From NCBI GenBank assembly GCA_965198115.1, contig OZ240241.1, forward strand, positions 320,001 to 384,000: a stretch of 64,000 nucleotides of DNA, in the 5' to 3' direction. The position numbers and the translations under genes are program-made. Positions 51,240 to 62,636 of this stretch are shown piece by piece; position 1 is the stretch's first letter; every line of letters starts with the position of its first letter. The notes beneath the pieces are model-generated. The model saw only the letters and a list, made by a program, of their open reading frames with translations, was not told where the DNA came from and did no database searches. This DNA is from Candidatus Latescibacterota bacterium (lineage in GTDB: Bacteria > Latescibacterota > UBA2968).

Positions 51240-52431
51240 ATGCCACTCCGAGTCAACACGAACCTTCCGTCGATTAACGTCCGGCGGATTCTGAACATCA
51301 ACAACCGGGATCTCGCAACCCGGATCGAGCGTCTCTCGTCCGGTCTGCGAATCAACCGGGCAGCCGACGATGCGGCCGGTTTGAGCGTATCGGAAGGTAT
51401 GCGGGCTGAAGTTGGTGGTCTGAGCCAGGCGGTTCGTAACGCCGAACAGGCCACGAACCTGATTCAGACCGCTGAAGGCGCGCTGAACGAAGTCAACGCG
51501 ATCCTCATCCGGATGCGCGAACTGGCCGTTCAGTCCTCGTCTTCGACGGTCAACAACAGCAACCGTGAATCGCTGAACGCCGAGTATGTTCAGCTGATCA
51601 ACGAAATCGATCGTATCGGGACGGTGACGTCCTACAACAACCAGGTCCTGCTGACGGGATTTGGGAACGTGGTGAGCATCGACCCGACCGTTTCGACGGC
51701 GCTTGCGTCGCCGACGACGGGTGTGGTTGCCCAGGCCATTTCGGGCGCCACGAACGGGACGTATCTCTTCACCGACGCAACAGGCGACCGTGAGATCACG
51801 CTCGGTAACGGGGTGGCCACACAGACCATCGACATCGGCCCCGCGCTCGACGCGGACACCACCGGGTGGTGTGGTCGCCACGGGCAGCTCGATCATCGCC
51901 AACTTCGACCGCCTGGGTGTTCAGCTGACGCTGAGCGGCCAGAAGGGGGCCGAAGGTAACAATCCGGCGACAGACGGCTACCGGGACGGCGACCTGACCG
52001 GAGCGATCCTCCAGATCGATTCCGGGACGGGTGGCCAATTCCAGGTCGGTCCGCGCGACGGGGCGGTTAACCGCATCGAGGTGAGCATCGCCGACATGCG
52101 TGCCACCGGCGTTATACTGAACTTGGGGAGTACGACGGTCGGGGATGCGCCAACAGCCCAGACCTCGATCACGAGCATCGACCTGGCCATCACGAACGTG
52201 GCTCAACAGCGTGGTGACCTCGGTGCGTTCCAGAACAGACTGGCCTTCAATATCCGGGCCAACGAGAACGCCATCGAGAACATCACGGCGTCCGAGTCCT
52301 CGATCCGTGATGCGGATGTCGCATCTGAAGTCTCGGCCTTCACGCGGTCACAGATCCTGGTCCAGTCGGGTACAGCCCTCCTGGCTCAGGCGAATGTGTT
52401 GCCGCAGAACGCTCTGTCACTGTTCGGGTAA
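51240..52431 (+). pseudogene. fliC: Flagellin 2 with a single frameshift near 51865 (possibly a sequencing indel)
   Basis: MPLRVNTN...RLSSGLRINRAADDAAGL; C-terminal RGDLGAFQNRL...LAQANVLPQNALSLFG. Confidence 0.9.
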
Positions 52432-52451
52432 TAGCCCGACGTTGACTTTTT

Positions 52452-52485
52452 GGGCGGTCGCGGCGTGAACACGTCGCGACCGCTC
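52452..52485 (+). terminator. Strong stem-loop after flagellin 2 (terminator or mRNA stabiliser)
   Basis: GCGGTCGCGGCGTG-AA-CACGTCGCGACCGC. Confidence 0.55.
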
Positions 52486-52532
52486 TTACACCGAAACACT
52501 CCGATAGTGTCGACACGTTCTAACGCGAGGTA

Positions 52533-52895
52533 ATGGGAATGGACACGGTAATCAACGCACTTTATAGCGTCGCGCTGCGACCGCAGCGTGCCGACGGTTC
52601 CGCCCCGACCTCCGAGCGACAGGATGAGCGCGAGACACGTTCAAGTGAGGGGCAACTGTCGAGGCCAGTCGAAGCGCCGAAGGTAAAAGAAGCGGCAAGC
52701 CGCCTGAACAAGGCGCTCGAGGCACTCAACAGAAATCTGGCGATTTCGGTCCACGAAGATTCCGGTAAGCTGATCGTCGAGGTGACCGACCCCGGTACGG
52801 GTGAGATTGTTCGTCAGATTCCTCCAGAGCGAGTCCTGGAGGTCGAGGAAAGTATCGACAACATTGTTGGCCTGTTCGTCAACGACGTGGCCTGA
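52533..52895 (+). CDS. flaG: Flagellar protein FlaG
   Basis: LAISVHEDSGKLIVEVTDPGTGEIVRQIPPE motif; located between fliC and fliD. Confidence 0.92.
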   Translation: MGMDTVINALYSVALRPQRADGSAPTSERQDERETRSSEGQLSRPVEAPKVKEAASRLNKALEALNRNLAISVHEDSGKLIVEVTDPGTGEIVRQIPPERVLEVEESIDNIVGLFVNDVA

Positions 52896-53016
52896 AGAAA
52901 CACTGAGAGGAGGATGGGCAGGATGCCCCTCCTCTCTTAGCTTTACGCTGCAGGGAAGCAGCGGACACCTTTCGAACGCGGAACGGAAGGCGTCCGCGCT
53001 TTGCTGTACATAGCAG

Positions 53017-53043
53017 TCAAGTTTTCTACTGACTTGCCGATGA
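53017..53043 (+). promoter_or_regulatory. Sigma28 promoter of fliD-fliS
   Basis: TCAAG-N14-GCCGATGA. Confidence 0.7.
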
Positions 53044-53111
53044 GTAGAGAGACGCACGTTCTCTGTGCGTCAACGGGGCAATACCGACACCGCTTGTAAG
53101 ATGGAGGCCGT

Positions 53112-56100
53112 ATGAGTGGCGGCATTAGTTTCTCGGGCCTGTCATCGGGCATCGATTCGGCGCAGATCATCGAACAGCTGATCGCGATCGATCGACGTCC
53201 GGTCACGATTATCGAGAATCGGAACGCCGAAGAAGAGTTCAAGCTCCAGATTCTTCAGCAGATCAACACCGATCTGCTGTCGGTCAAGACGAGCGCTGAA
53301 TCACTCGCCGATGGTTCGGCGTTCGACGTGTTCAGCGCGACCTCGAGCGACACCGATCTGGTCTCGTCCTCCGTCACCGGTTCTGCGACCTCCGGGTCCG
53401 TCACCGTCGAGGTGCTTGCCCTGGCGCAGTCACAGAGCCGTTCCTCACAGTCCTTTTCCTCCGATACGACAGCGTTGGGTCTGAGCGGCGAGTTTGTGAT
53501 CAACGGGAAGGCCATCACGATCGCCTCGAGTGACACTCTCGTGGACATTCAGGGCGCGATCAACAGCGCCGACGCGGGGGTCCAGGCTCAGCTGCTGCAA
53601 GTCAGCGAAACCGACAACCGGCTCCTTATTACGAGTAACACGGCTGGATCCGAGGGGTTCTCCCTTCGAGATGCCAGCTCGTCGAACGTCCTGCAGTCCC
53701 TCGGGTTCACGAGCGCGAGCACTTCCATCGCCACCCCCGTGACCGGTGGGGGCGCCAAGAGCGATCAGCTGACGAGTGCGACGACAGCGGTCGGAATACT
53801 CCTTGGGCTCGCGTCGAGTCCGAGCGGCACTGTCACCGTCGGTAATCAGACCGTTACGATCGATCTGGCAACCATGTCGCTGACGGACATCAAGGACGCG
53901 ATAGACACGGCTGGCCCTGCGGGCGTGACCACGAGCATCGTCACCGAAGAGGACGAGAACGGGTCGAATGTCTTCCGGCTACAAGTCGCCGGAACAACGA
54001 CGTTCCTCGACAGCAACAACGTCCTGGAAACGATCGGGATTCTCGAGGGTGCCTCCGACGTCTCTGCCGCGGTGGCCGAGGTGCAGACGAGCTCGGTCGC
54101 GAACACGACGAACGGATCGACTCCGATCGATTCGAATGAGAAATTTTCCGATCTGTTTGGGGCCGGTGTCGTGAACGGCGATACTCTCGATATCGGGAAC
54201 AGATCGGGACGGAACCGCTGTGTCGGGGTCTTTTACCGTCACCAACGTGAATTCGGATCGCATTTCCGATCTGCTGACCGAAATCGAGTCGGTCTTCGGA
54301 AACGCCGTGACGGCCGCCGTCGACGCCAACGGACAGATCCAGGTCACCGACGATACCGCCGGCGCGAGCCAGCTGTCGATCAGCCTGAACGAACAACGAA
54401 GGCGGTGGTTCGCTGAACTTCGGGTCCTTTTCGGCGTCGACCGAGGGCCAGAACGCCCAGTCCCGCGAAGTCGTGGCCGGACAGGATGCCACCTTCCGCG
54501 TGAACGGCGTGACGCTAACCCGGACCACGAACAGCGTGTCCGACGCGATCGAAGGATTGAGCATCAACCTGAACAGTGCAAAGGCGGGCTCGATCGCGAC
54601 GATCAACGTTGCGCGAGATACGGCGTCGATTCGGACGTCCGTCCAATCACTGGTGGACAACTACAACACGGCGGCCTCGTTTATCAGCGAGCAGTTCGTG
54701 TTCAACGAAGAGCTGCAGACTTCCGGCCCCCTGTCCGGTGACTCTACGGTGCTCGTCCTTCAGTCCCAGCTTCGCCAGACTGTTTTCAACCCGGTCACGG
54801 GCGTCGACAGCGACAAGAACAGCCTGGCCCTGTTTGGCGTGGCTTTTAACCGCGACGGTCAGCTGGAAATCGACAGCACGCGACTGGACGACGTGCTCGC
54901 CGGCGACCTGACGAGCCTTCGGAATGTCCTGACGGCGAGCGGCACGTCGACGGACAGTGACGTCGAGTTCGTGTTTCAAACCGACAACACGGTGGCAGGC
55001 ACCTACGATGTTCAGATCACGACAGCCCCCGAGCAGGCTGAGGTCACGGGGTCGGTCGACATTTCGAGTGGTCTGGTCAACGCAACAACGATCACGGTCA
55101 CGGATCTGCTGTCGGGCAAATCCGATTCGATCGATCTCGCCATCGGTGACGACACCGATAGTGTTGTCGACAAGCTCAGCACCGTTATGGCATCGAATGT
55201 CGCCGAAGTTCGGACCGGTTCGATCGTGAACACGACCGACGGAGCGACCCCGGTAGACACGAACACGACGTTCGACGGTATCTTCGGTGCGGGTGTTGTT
55301 GCTGGCGACACGATCGACATCCAGGGTGCCACCCACTCGAACGAGACGGTCACGGGCACGTTTACGATCTCCGATCCGACCACGCAAACGATCGGGGACC
55401 TTCTGTCCGACATCCGAAGCACCTTCGGCGCATCCGTTTCAGCCACGGTCGACGCCAACGGGCAGATTGTGGTGACCGACAGTCAGATCGGGAACAGCTC
55501 GCTCACGGTCGTGTTGATCGAACGCAACGAGGGGGGCGGCAGCCTCGACTTCGGGCAGTTCGACCAGACCGAGGAGGGTCGGTTCGCCATGGCGATCACG
55601 GCCTCGAACGACGCGGGCGCCCTCAAGCTGACTTCTGAGGGCTACGGAAACGCGGCCGGCTTCACGATCAGTCAGACGAGTAATGAAACGGGTATCACCG
55701 ACGGCGACTTTCGGGGTGTGGATGTGGTCGGTACGCTCAATGGTGAAACGGCGGCGGGTGTCGGCCGTATTCTGACGGGTGACTCGGGCAATGCGACGAC
55801 CGACGGTCTTGCGGTACGTGTTACGCTCACGCCCGCGCAGCTGATCGCTCAGGGGCAGGATCAGGGCTCGATCCAAATCATTCAGGGCGTGGCCGACCAG
55901 CTAAGACGTTCACTCGAGGCGATCACGGATCCGTTCGAAGGGCTCGTCGCCACACGACAACAGGCGATCGAGGACACGATTGAGTCGAATGACGCACAGA
56001 TCCTGGCGCTCGAGGAGCGGTTGGAACTCAAGCGCTCGACACTACAACGACAGTTCACAGCCATGGAAACAGCGATCGCTCAGCTCAACCAGCTTGGCTC

Positions 56101-56152
56101 GTTCCTCGGGGCGCAGCTCGCCGGACTGGCGGGCACGACGGCAGGAAGCTGA
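53112..56152 (+). pseudogene. fliD: Filament cap FliD of about 1010 aa with two frameshifts (near 54195 and 54393)
   Basis: ISFSGLSSGIDSAQIIEQL; AGQDATFRVNG...SLVDNYN; LQRQFTAMETAIAQLN. Confidence 0.9.
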
Positions 56153-56184
56153 GGACCATCCCGTAGACACCACCCTTTTGTGTC

Positions 56185-56815
56185 ATGACCTCCGGCAAAG
56201 CCGGAGGCTTGAAAACTTGTGAACCGCTCAAAGCGGTTGGAAACCAAGCGCCACCTAAAGGTGGCGATTACCTGAAAATGTTGAGCTGGTCGAGACGCCG
56301 GTCCTCCCGCTCCTGGTTCTGGATATACTCCCGAACCGTCTGTTCATCCTTGCCAACGGTGGAGACCCAGTAGCCTCTTGCCCAGAAATGCTGCCCGGTG
56401 AAGTTCGACCTAACCTACGTCCCAGATAGTTCCGAGCAATGTGAATCGCACTCTTTCCTTTGATGAACCCTACCGTCTGAGCTACTGAGTGCTTCGGCGG
56501 GATCGAAATCAACGTGTGCACATGGTCGGATCGCAGGTGACCCTCTTCCACACGGCATTCCTTCTGTGCGGCCAGATCCCGAATCACCTCCCAGATAGCG
56601 ACGAATTTCACCATACAACACTTTTCTACGATACTTCCGAACCCAAACAACGTCATACTTGCACTCCCATACCGTGTGACGTAGACTCCTTACGTTGTTC
56701 ATTAGAGAGCCTTCCTTCCGTGTGCTTTGAGCGGTCCACGGCAAGGGAGGCTCTTACATATTTCTGGAACTGTCAAACTCTGGGAGTCTCCCCGGCAGAG
56801 CCGGGGGCTTACCAA
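56185..56815 (-). mobile_element. tnpA: IS200-type element; tnpA at about 56268..56702 carries two frameshifts
   Basis: HUH motif DHVHTL, FWARGY and YIQNQ; subterminal hairpins CCTCCGGCAAAGCCGGAGG and CTCCCCGGCAGAGCCGGGGG. Ends are approximate. Confidence 0.85.
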
Positions 56816-56833
56816 GGTTTAGTTAGAGGAGCT

Positions 56834-56893
56834 ATGAACCATCCCAACAGATACGGCCAATACAAGCAGGTGCAGATCAACACGGCTTCGCCC
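56834..56893 (+). pseudogene. fliS: FliS N-terminal fragment truncated by IS256
   Basis: GAGGAG RBS followed by MNHPNRYGQYKQVQINTASP, the FliS N-terminal signature, directly after fliD. Confidence 0.8.
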
Positions 56894-58281
56894 GGTCAAG
56901 TCCCATAGTCAGTTGAAAACTCATCGGGCCCCGTAGTTTGGTCAGGCTCTCTTTTGAGCATTCTGTTCGTTGTCGAGATTCAGATCTTTGTTCAGTGCTT
57001 GCCTGAGTAGGGGAAGATGTTTGTATCCGCTCACGCGTCGCAGGCGAGGTTCGATGTCGAGGAGTGCGGCAGCCACCCATCTGTGTCTCTGGGGAGAGTT
57101 GTTCCAGCGTCTGACCTTCCGAGTGAGCTCGCCGGTCCTGCTGTTGAGGGCTTCGATGCAGTTGGTGGTTCGGAAGCTTCGTTTCAAGAATGGGAGCATA
57201 CCCAGCCGGTGGAGGGTCAGGGTTTCCTCCAGGCCTTCCTCGAGGCTCGTTACGGCAGACTGATTCATCAGCTTCAGTTCGGGTTTAAGTGATTCGAGTG
57301 CGGCCTTTGCCTCCTCGTAGGTGTCGCAGTCATAGGCTTTCTGGAGCTTCCGTCGAACTCTTGGACGTTCCCTCTCCGGGAGATAGCTGACGACATTCTC
57401 GCGCTTGTGCCACTGACAGCGATGCACGCGCACATACCCTTTGAGGGCTTTGGTGACAGCACTGCGGAGTCCCTTTGAGCCGTCAAGCACAACGAGAAGG
57501 CCCTGGTCGTAGCACAGGCCTCTCCGGATGAGGTCCTGGACCAGCTGGCGGCAGATCCGTTCGTTCTCCGTCGCCGATTCGACGAAGCCCAGGGGGATCT
57601 TCTGGCCGTCCATCGTGACCCCCAGAGCGATCACGATCTCTTCGTCGGCAAAGCTCTTTCCGTCAATGAACAGGGTCACGAAGCCGTAGTCGTCGAGGGG
57701 ACGCTCCTGGAACTGCTTCAGCTTCTTCGCGGTGGCTTTGATGAACCGCCGCGAGACGGAGGACGCTGAGATACCAAACGCTTCTGGAACCGATTCGGCA
57801 CAGGCCTTGTAGTTGCGGCACGAGATCCCCTTGAGAACACGAAGCAACAGCCCCTCGTCCGTCTTCTTGGGCGTCTGTAGAGCCCGGTATGCAGCCAGGG
57901 AAACCTCTGCGTCGGCCTCGACGTCGCGCACCCGGGGAACGTCTAACGGGAGCTTCTGGTCCATCAGATACACGGATCCCTTCTGGCTTCCCCACCGACG
58001 ATGCGCCTGCTCCGAACCTTTGCGCGCATACCGAACGCCTGCGAGCTGCTCGACCTCCTGCTGGAGGAGGTCTGCCACTGCCTCCAGACCCAACGGGATC
58101 AACGCCTGGATCACCGACAAACGCGTCTCCAAATCGATGACATCGCCCTCAACCTTGACTTCACCATCGCCTACAAATAGCTTCTCCATCTGGGCTCCTT
58201 TCTTACGGGTATACGCTCCTACACGTCTACCCAACGTAAGTTTGGAGCCCTCTAAGTTTCAACTACGATAGGCACAACACC
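56894..58281 (-). mobile_element. IS256-family IS without a TSD
   Basis: IRs GGTCAAGTCCCATAGTCAGTTGAAA / TTTCAACTACGATAGGCACAACACC; the flanks CTTCGCCC and TATATCTC differ. Confidence 0.85.
56942..58189 (-). CDS. IS256 (Mutator) transposase
   Basis: FIDGK, LDGSKGL, RCQWHK and RTTNCIE motifs. Confidence 0.92.
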   Translation of the reverse strand: MEKLFVGDGEVKVEGDVIDLETRLSVIQALIPLGLEAVADLLQQEVEQLAGVRYARKGSEQAHRRWGSQKGSVYLMDQKLPLDVPRVRDVEADAEVSLAAYRALQTPKKTDEGLLLRVLKGISCRNYKACAESVPEAFGISASSVSRRFIKATAKKLKQFQERPLDDYGFVTLFIDGKSFADEEIVIALGVTMDGQKIPLGFVESATENERICRQLVQDLIRRGLCYDQGLLVVLDGSKGLRSAVTKALKGYVRVHRCQWHKRENVVSYLPERERPRVRRKLQKAYDCDTYEEAKAALESLKPELKLMNQSAVTSLEEGLEETLTLHRLGMLPFLKRSFRTTNCIEALNSRTGELTRKVRRWNNSPQRHRWVAAALLDIEPRLRRVSGYKHLPLLRQALNKDLNLDNEQNAQKRA

Positions 58282-59623
58282 TATATCTCCGAGCAAGAGT
58301 GTGAGCTTTCCAGCGCTCGTAATCGACGTCCTGGTGTGACTCCAAAGCGTCTATTTGTAAGTCAAGATCATCCAGGACACGCTCAATTGAGTTGACTTGC
58401 ATCTGCTCTCGCTCACGTCGATCCGGGCCAAGCGCTCCGTCTCGGCGTTGTTCGGCCTCGACTAACCGTCGGCGATGTTTCTCGCGTGTTCGTTTGAGAA
58501 CCAAAACCCTGTCGGCGACGTACTGGTCGAGCTGATCTATTGCTCTGCAGAAGGTCTCCTGCTCAGCATCGCCAGCAGCTGACTGATCTATAAAGACCTC
58601 CTCGTCCACCACCTCGTCCAGGTGGATCGGACTGATAGTTACTGGCGGAGTCATTTCGTCGACGTCTTCGCACCTCTGCTTTAGTAACTCGGCTGCCGCT
58701 TCTGCTGGACGCAGCACTTCCTCATTTTCGAAAATAACCGTTACAATCAGCCGGTCCTCCCGCTCGAAACCACGGCTCATCACCTTAGTCAATGCGAGCC
58801 GTCCCCGGTCTCCCCGGCGGTTGCGCAGGGCCTCTGGTGCATCGTTGCTGAGCAGGAACCGAACGTGGAACGTGCCTGCGCCCGTTTCGCGTGCTTCTGC
58901 CACGGATGCTTCGATCAATGGGTGCGAGGGGTGGAGCGACTCATTGTCAGTTAGGTCGTGGGCTGGCCCGAGGGTGACCGACCCGCCGTCCGCCATCATA
59001 CCCGGAAATTGAGCCGACGCACCAACGTGGACAATGCGTTTCCCGTCTCGGTCCGCAACCCCCCAGGACACGCCAACCGCATCGAGATACCCGGTCAAAA
59101 CACGTTCGAGATCTCCGTCAAGTTCGGCAAGCGTTGACGGGAGTTCGGATTGGATATTCCGGAACACGTCTTTGACGGAGTCGTCGAAACCGGTTTCGAT
59201 CAGCCCATTGGTCCGCTCGCGAACCCGTTCAAGCTCCATTCGGCGGTCTTCCATTGTGTCGCGTAGCTGCCGAAGCTCCTCTTCCACCTCCTGCACTGAG
59301 CGAGCTCGGTCCCAAATCCGACGAAGTTCGGATTCGAAGTTGGGACCAAGGGCCGAAGCCAAGCTCGCCGAAGAGTCCGAGCGGGGCGTTTGCAGTACTA
59401 CGTCTGAGCTGTCAAGCACCTGCCCGAACAGATCGAGCTTGGTGCTGAGGATTTCGAATGTGAGACGCTGCGCTTCATTGTCTTTTGCGAGGAAGTTGAT
59501 AACTGTAACATCTCGCCTCTGACCATATCGGTGGCAACGTCCAATCCGTTGCTCGATTCGCTGTGGATTCCAGGGCAGATCGTAATTAATCAGGGTGTCA
59601 CAGAATTGTAGGTTCAGTCCCTT
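58282..59623 (-). pseudogene. SNF2-family helicase C-terminal fragment, cut at both ends by IS elements
   Basis: KGLNLQFCDTLINYDLPWNPQRIEQRIGRCHRYGQ read manually, upstream of and in frame with ORF 58259..59419. Confidence 0.85.
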
Positions 59624-59642
59624 AGGGTTCGCGAATAAATAA

Positions 59643-61062
59643 GGCTCTATCCGGGTTTCTCAACGGTGAAACTATAGAATGACAAGGTCATAGATCGTTC
59701 CCTACGCTTGGTTGTGTGTGTAGGACAATCAAAGCGAAGGGGGTGCGACCTATGACCGGGAGCAGATTACTATCGAAACTGCTGAGATTCAAGGGGTTCC
59801 GTGTTGTCAGCTGGTGGTTTGAGGGGAGAAGCTGTTTCGTCATCGCCGTAAAGCCACATAAGAATGGTTGTTGTTGTCCGGAGTGCGGCCGTCGAGGTAA
59901 AATCGTCCGCACAATGCCCCATCCGCGTCGGTGGCGTGACATTCCGGTGTGCGGGTGGAGGGTCTGGCTTCTCTACCATCCTCGGGAGATTCGGTGTCCT
60001 ACCCACGGTCGTGTGGTCGAGGAGATTCCGTGGGCGGAGCGGTTCTCTCGGGTGACGTATCGCTTCGAGTATGCCATGCTGCGCTACTGCCAGACCATGA
60101 CGCAGAAGGCGGCGTCCGAGTTGCTGCGCATCTCTGCCTCGACGCTGTCGGATCTCCTTCACCGATCCATCACGCGGCTTCGTGAAGGTCATCGTATCCG
60201 AGGGCTCAAAACCATCGGGATCGACGAGATCTCCTACGCCAAGCGTCACAGGTACGCCACGCTCGTTTACGATCTGGACCGCTCCTGCGTGGTGTGGGTT
60301 GGCCGCGGCAGGGCGCGTAAAACGATCGATCGGTTCTTCACAGAGGCTCTCAGTCCCTACCAGAGATCCAAGATCGAGTGGGCCTGCTGCGACATGAGCG
60401 AAGCTTACATCGGAGCCATCCAGGAACACTGTCCGAATGCCAAGCTGGTCCTCGATCGCTTTCACATCGTCAAGGCTCTCAATGCCGCCGTTGACGAGGT
60501 CCGTAAGGACCAGTGGCGTAAAGCTGCCCCGGATGAGCGCAAAGCCATGAAGGGCCTCCGATGGCTCCTCTACCGGCACTCAGCGACACGCTCCAGAGGG
60601 GATACTCGGACACTCAAAGCACTGGAGAAGGCGAACTACCGAATCTATAGAGCCTGGAGACTCAAGGACGAGTTCGAGCAGTTCTGGGAATACAAAGCGC
60701 CCTGGGCTGCCGAACGCTTCCTGAAATGCTGGACGACGTCCGCACTAAGAAGTCGACTTGAACCCCTGCGAAAGTTCGTCAGGACCCTGCGACAGCACTT
60801 CTTCGGCGTCCTCGCATTCGTGAACACGCGTCTTACCAACGCCATCGCCGAAGGCCTCAACCGAATCGTCCAAATCGTCAAGAACCGAGCCAGCGGATTC
60901 CGCACACTCGACGCATTCAACGATATGATCTTCCTTACCGTCGGAGACATAAACATCCCTGAGCAGATTCCGAAGAGGTTCCGCACACGCTAACCGCGCC
61001 CCCATGCCAGGAACCACGGCACCTTCACCCACTTCATCTCGTTGAGAGATCCGGATATAGCC
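59643..61062 (+). mobile_element. ISL3 copy 2 (1420 bp) with an intact transposase at 59752..60993
   Basis: Same IRs as copy 1; no matching TSD. Confidence 0.95.
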
Positions 61063-61071
61063 CTTTTTTAT

Positions 61072-62491
61072 GGCTCTATCCGGGTTTCTCAACGGTGAAA
61101 CTATAGAATGACAAGGTCATAGATCGTTCCCTACGCTTGGTTGTGTGTGTAGGACAATCAAAGCGAAGGGGGTGCGACCTATGACCGGGAGCAGATTACT
61201 ATCGAAACTGCTGAAATTCAAGGGGTTCCGTGTTGTCAGCTGGTGGTTTGAGGGGAGAAGCTGCTTCGTCATCGCCGTAAAGCCACATAAGAATGGTTGT
61301 TGTTGTCCGGAGTGCGGCCGTCGAGGTAAAATCGTCCGCACAATGCCCCATCCGCGTCGGTGGCGTGACATTCCGGTGTGCGGGTGGAGGGTCTGGCTTC
61401 TCTACCATCCTCGGGAGATTCGGTGTCCTACCCACGGTCGTGTGGTCGAGGAGATTCCGTGGGCGGAGCGGTTCTCTCGGGTGACGTATCGCTTCGAGTA
61501 TGCCATGCTGCGCTACTGCCAGACCATGACGCAGAAGGCGGCGTCCGAGTTACTGCGCATCTCTGCCTCGACGCTGTCGGATCTCCTTCACCGATCCATC
61601 ACGCGGCTTCGTGAAGGTCATCGTATCCGAGGGCTCAAAACCATCGGGATCGACGAGATCTCCTACGCCAAGCGTCACAGGTACGCCACGCTCGTTTACG
61701 ATCTGGACCGCTCCTGCGTGGTGTGGGTTGGCCGCGGCAGGGCGCGTAAAACGATCGATCAGTTCTTCACAGAGGCTCTCAGTCCCTACCGGAGATCCAA
61801 GATCGAGTGGGCCTGCTGCGACATGAGCGAAGCTTACATCGGAGCCATCCAGGAACACTGTCCGAATGCCAAGCTGGTCCTCGATCGCTTTCACATCGTC
61901 AAGGCTCTCAATGCCGCCGTTGACGAGGTCCGTAAGGACCAGTGGCGTAAAGCTGCCCCGGATGAGCGCAAAGCCATGAAGGGCCTCCGATGGCTCCTCT
62001 ACCGGCACTCAGCGACACGCTCCAGAGGGGATACTCGGACACTCGAAGCACTGGAGAAGGCGAACTACCGAATCTATAGAGCCTGGAGACTCAAGGACGA
62101 GTTCGAGCAGTTCTGGGAATACAAAGCGCCCTGGGCTGCCGAACGCTTCCTGAAATGCTGGACGACGTCCGCACTCAGAAGTCGACTTGAACCCCTGCGA
62201 AAGTTCGTCAGGACCCTGCGACAGCACTTCTTCGGCGTCCTCGCATTCGTGAACACGCGTCTTACCAACGCCATCGCCGAAGGCCTCAACCGAATCGTCC
62301 AAATCGTCAAGAACCGAGCCAGCGGATTCCGCACACTCGACGCATTCAACGATATGATCTTCCTTACCGTCGGAGACATAAACATCCCTGAGCAGATTCC
62401 GAAGAGGTTCCGCACACTCTAACCGCGCCCCCATGCCAGGAACCACGGCACCTTCACCCACTTCAGCTCGTTGAGAGATCCGGATATAGCC
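61072..62491 (+). mobile_element. ISL3 copy 3 (1420 bp) with an intact transposase at 61181..62422
   Basis: Flanked by a perfect 8-bp TSD TTTTTTAT (61064-61071 and 62492-62499). Confidence 0.95.
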
Positions 62492-62512
62492 TTTTTTATG
62501 CATAATTCAGGC

Positions 62513-62636
62513 TAGTGTCACGTCCCAGGAATAACTAGAAAAATATTCGATTCTGTCGTATGGTTCCTCAAGCACTCATTCTTGGGAGGAACCGATGGCT
62601 AGAGGTCGTCCGTTACAGCCACTGAACATCAGTGGA
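62513..62636 (+). mobile_element. Left end of a second IS630-type element interrupted by IS256
   Basis: CTAG followed by TGTCACGTCCCAGGAATAAC; GGAGG RBS and ATG 62595 give MARGRPLQPLNIS, similar to IS630 transposase starts. Confidence 0.55.

Noticed and set aside
49340-56152. Programmed frameshifting or phase variation of the flagellins and FliD
   Set aside because: The shifts are at 1-3-base runs with no slippery heptamers or long SSRs. Mutation or sequencing error is simpler.
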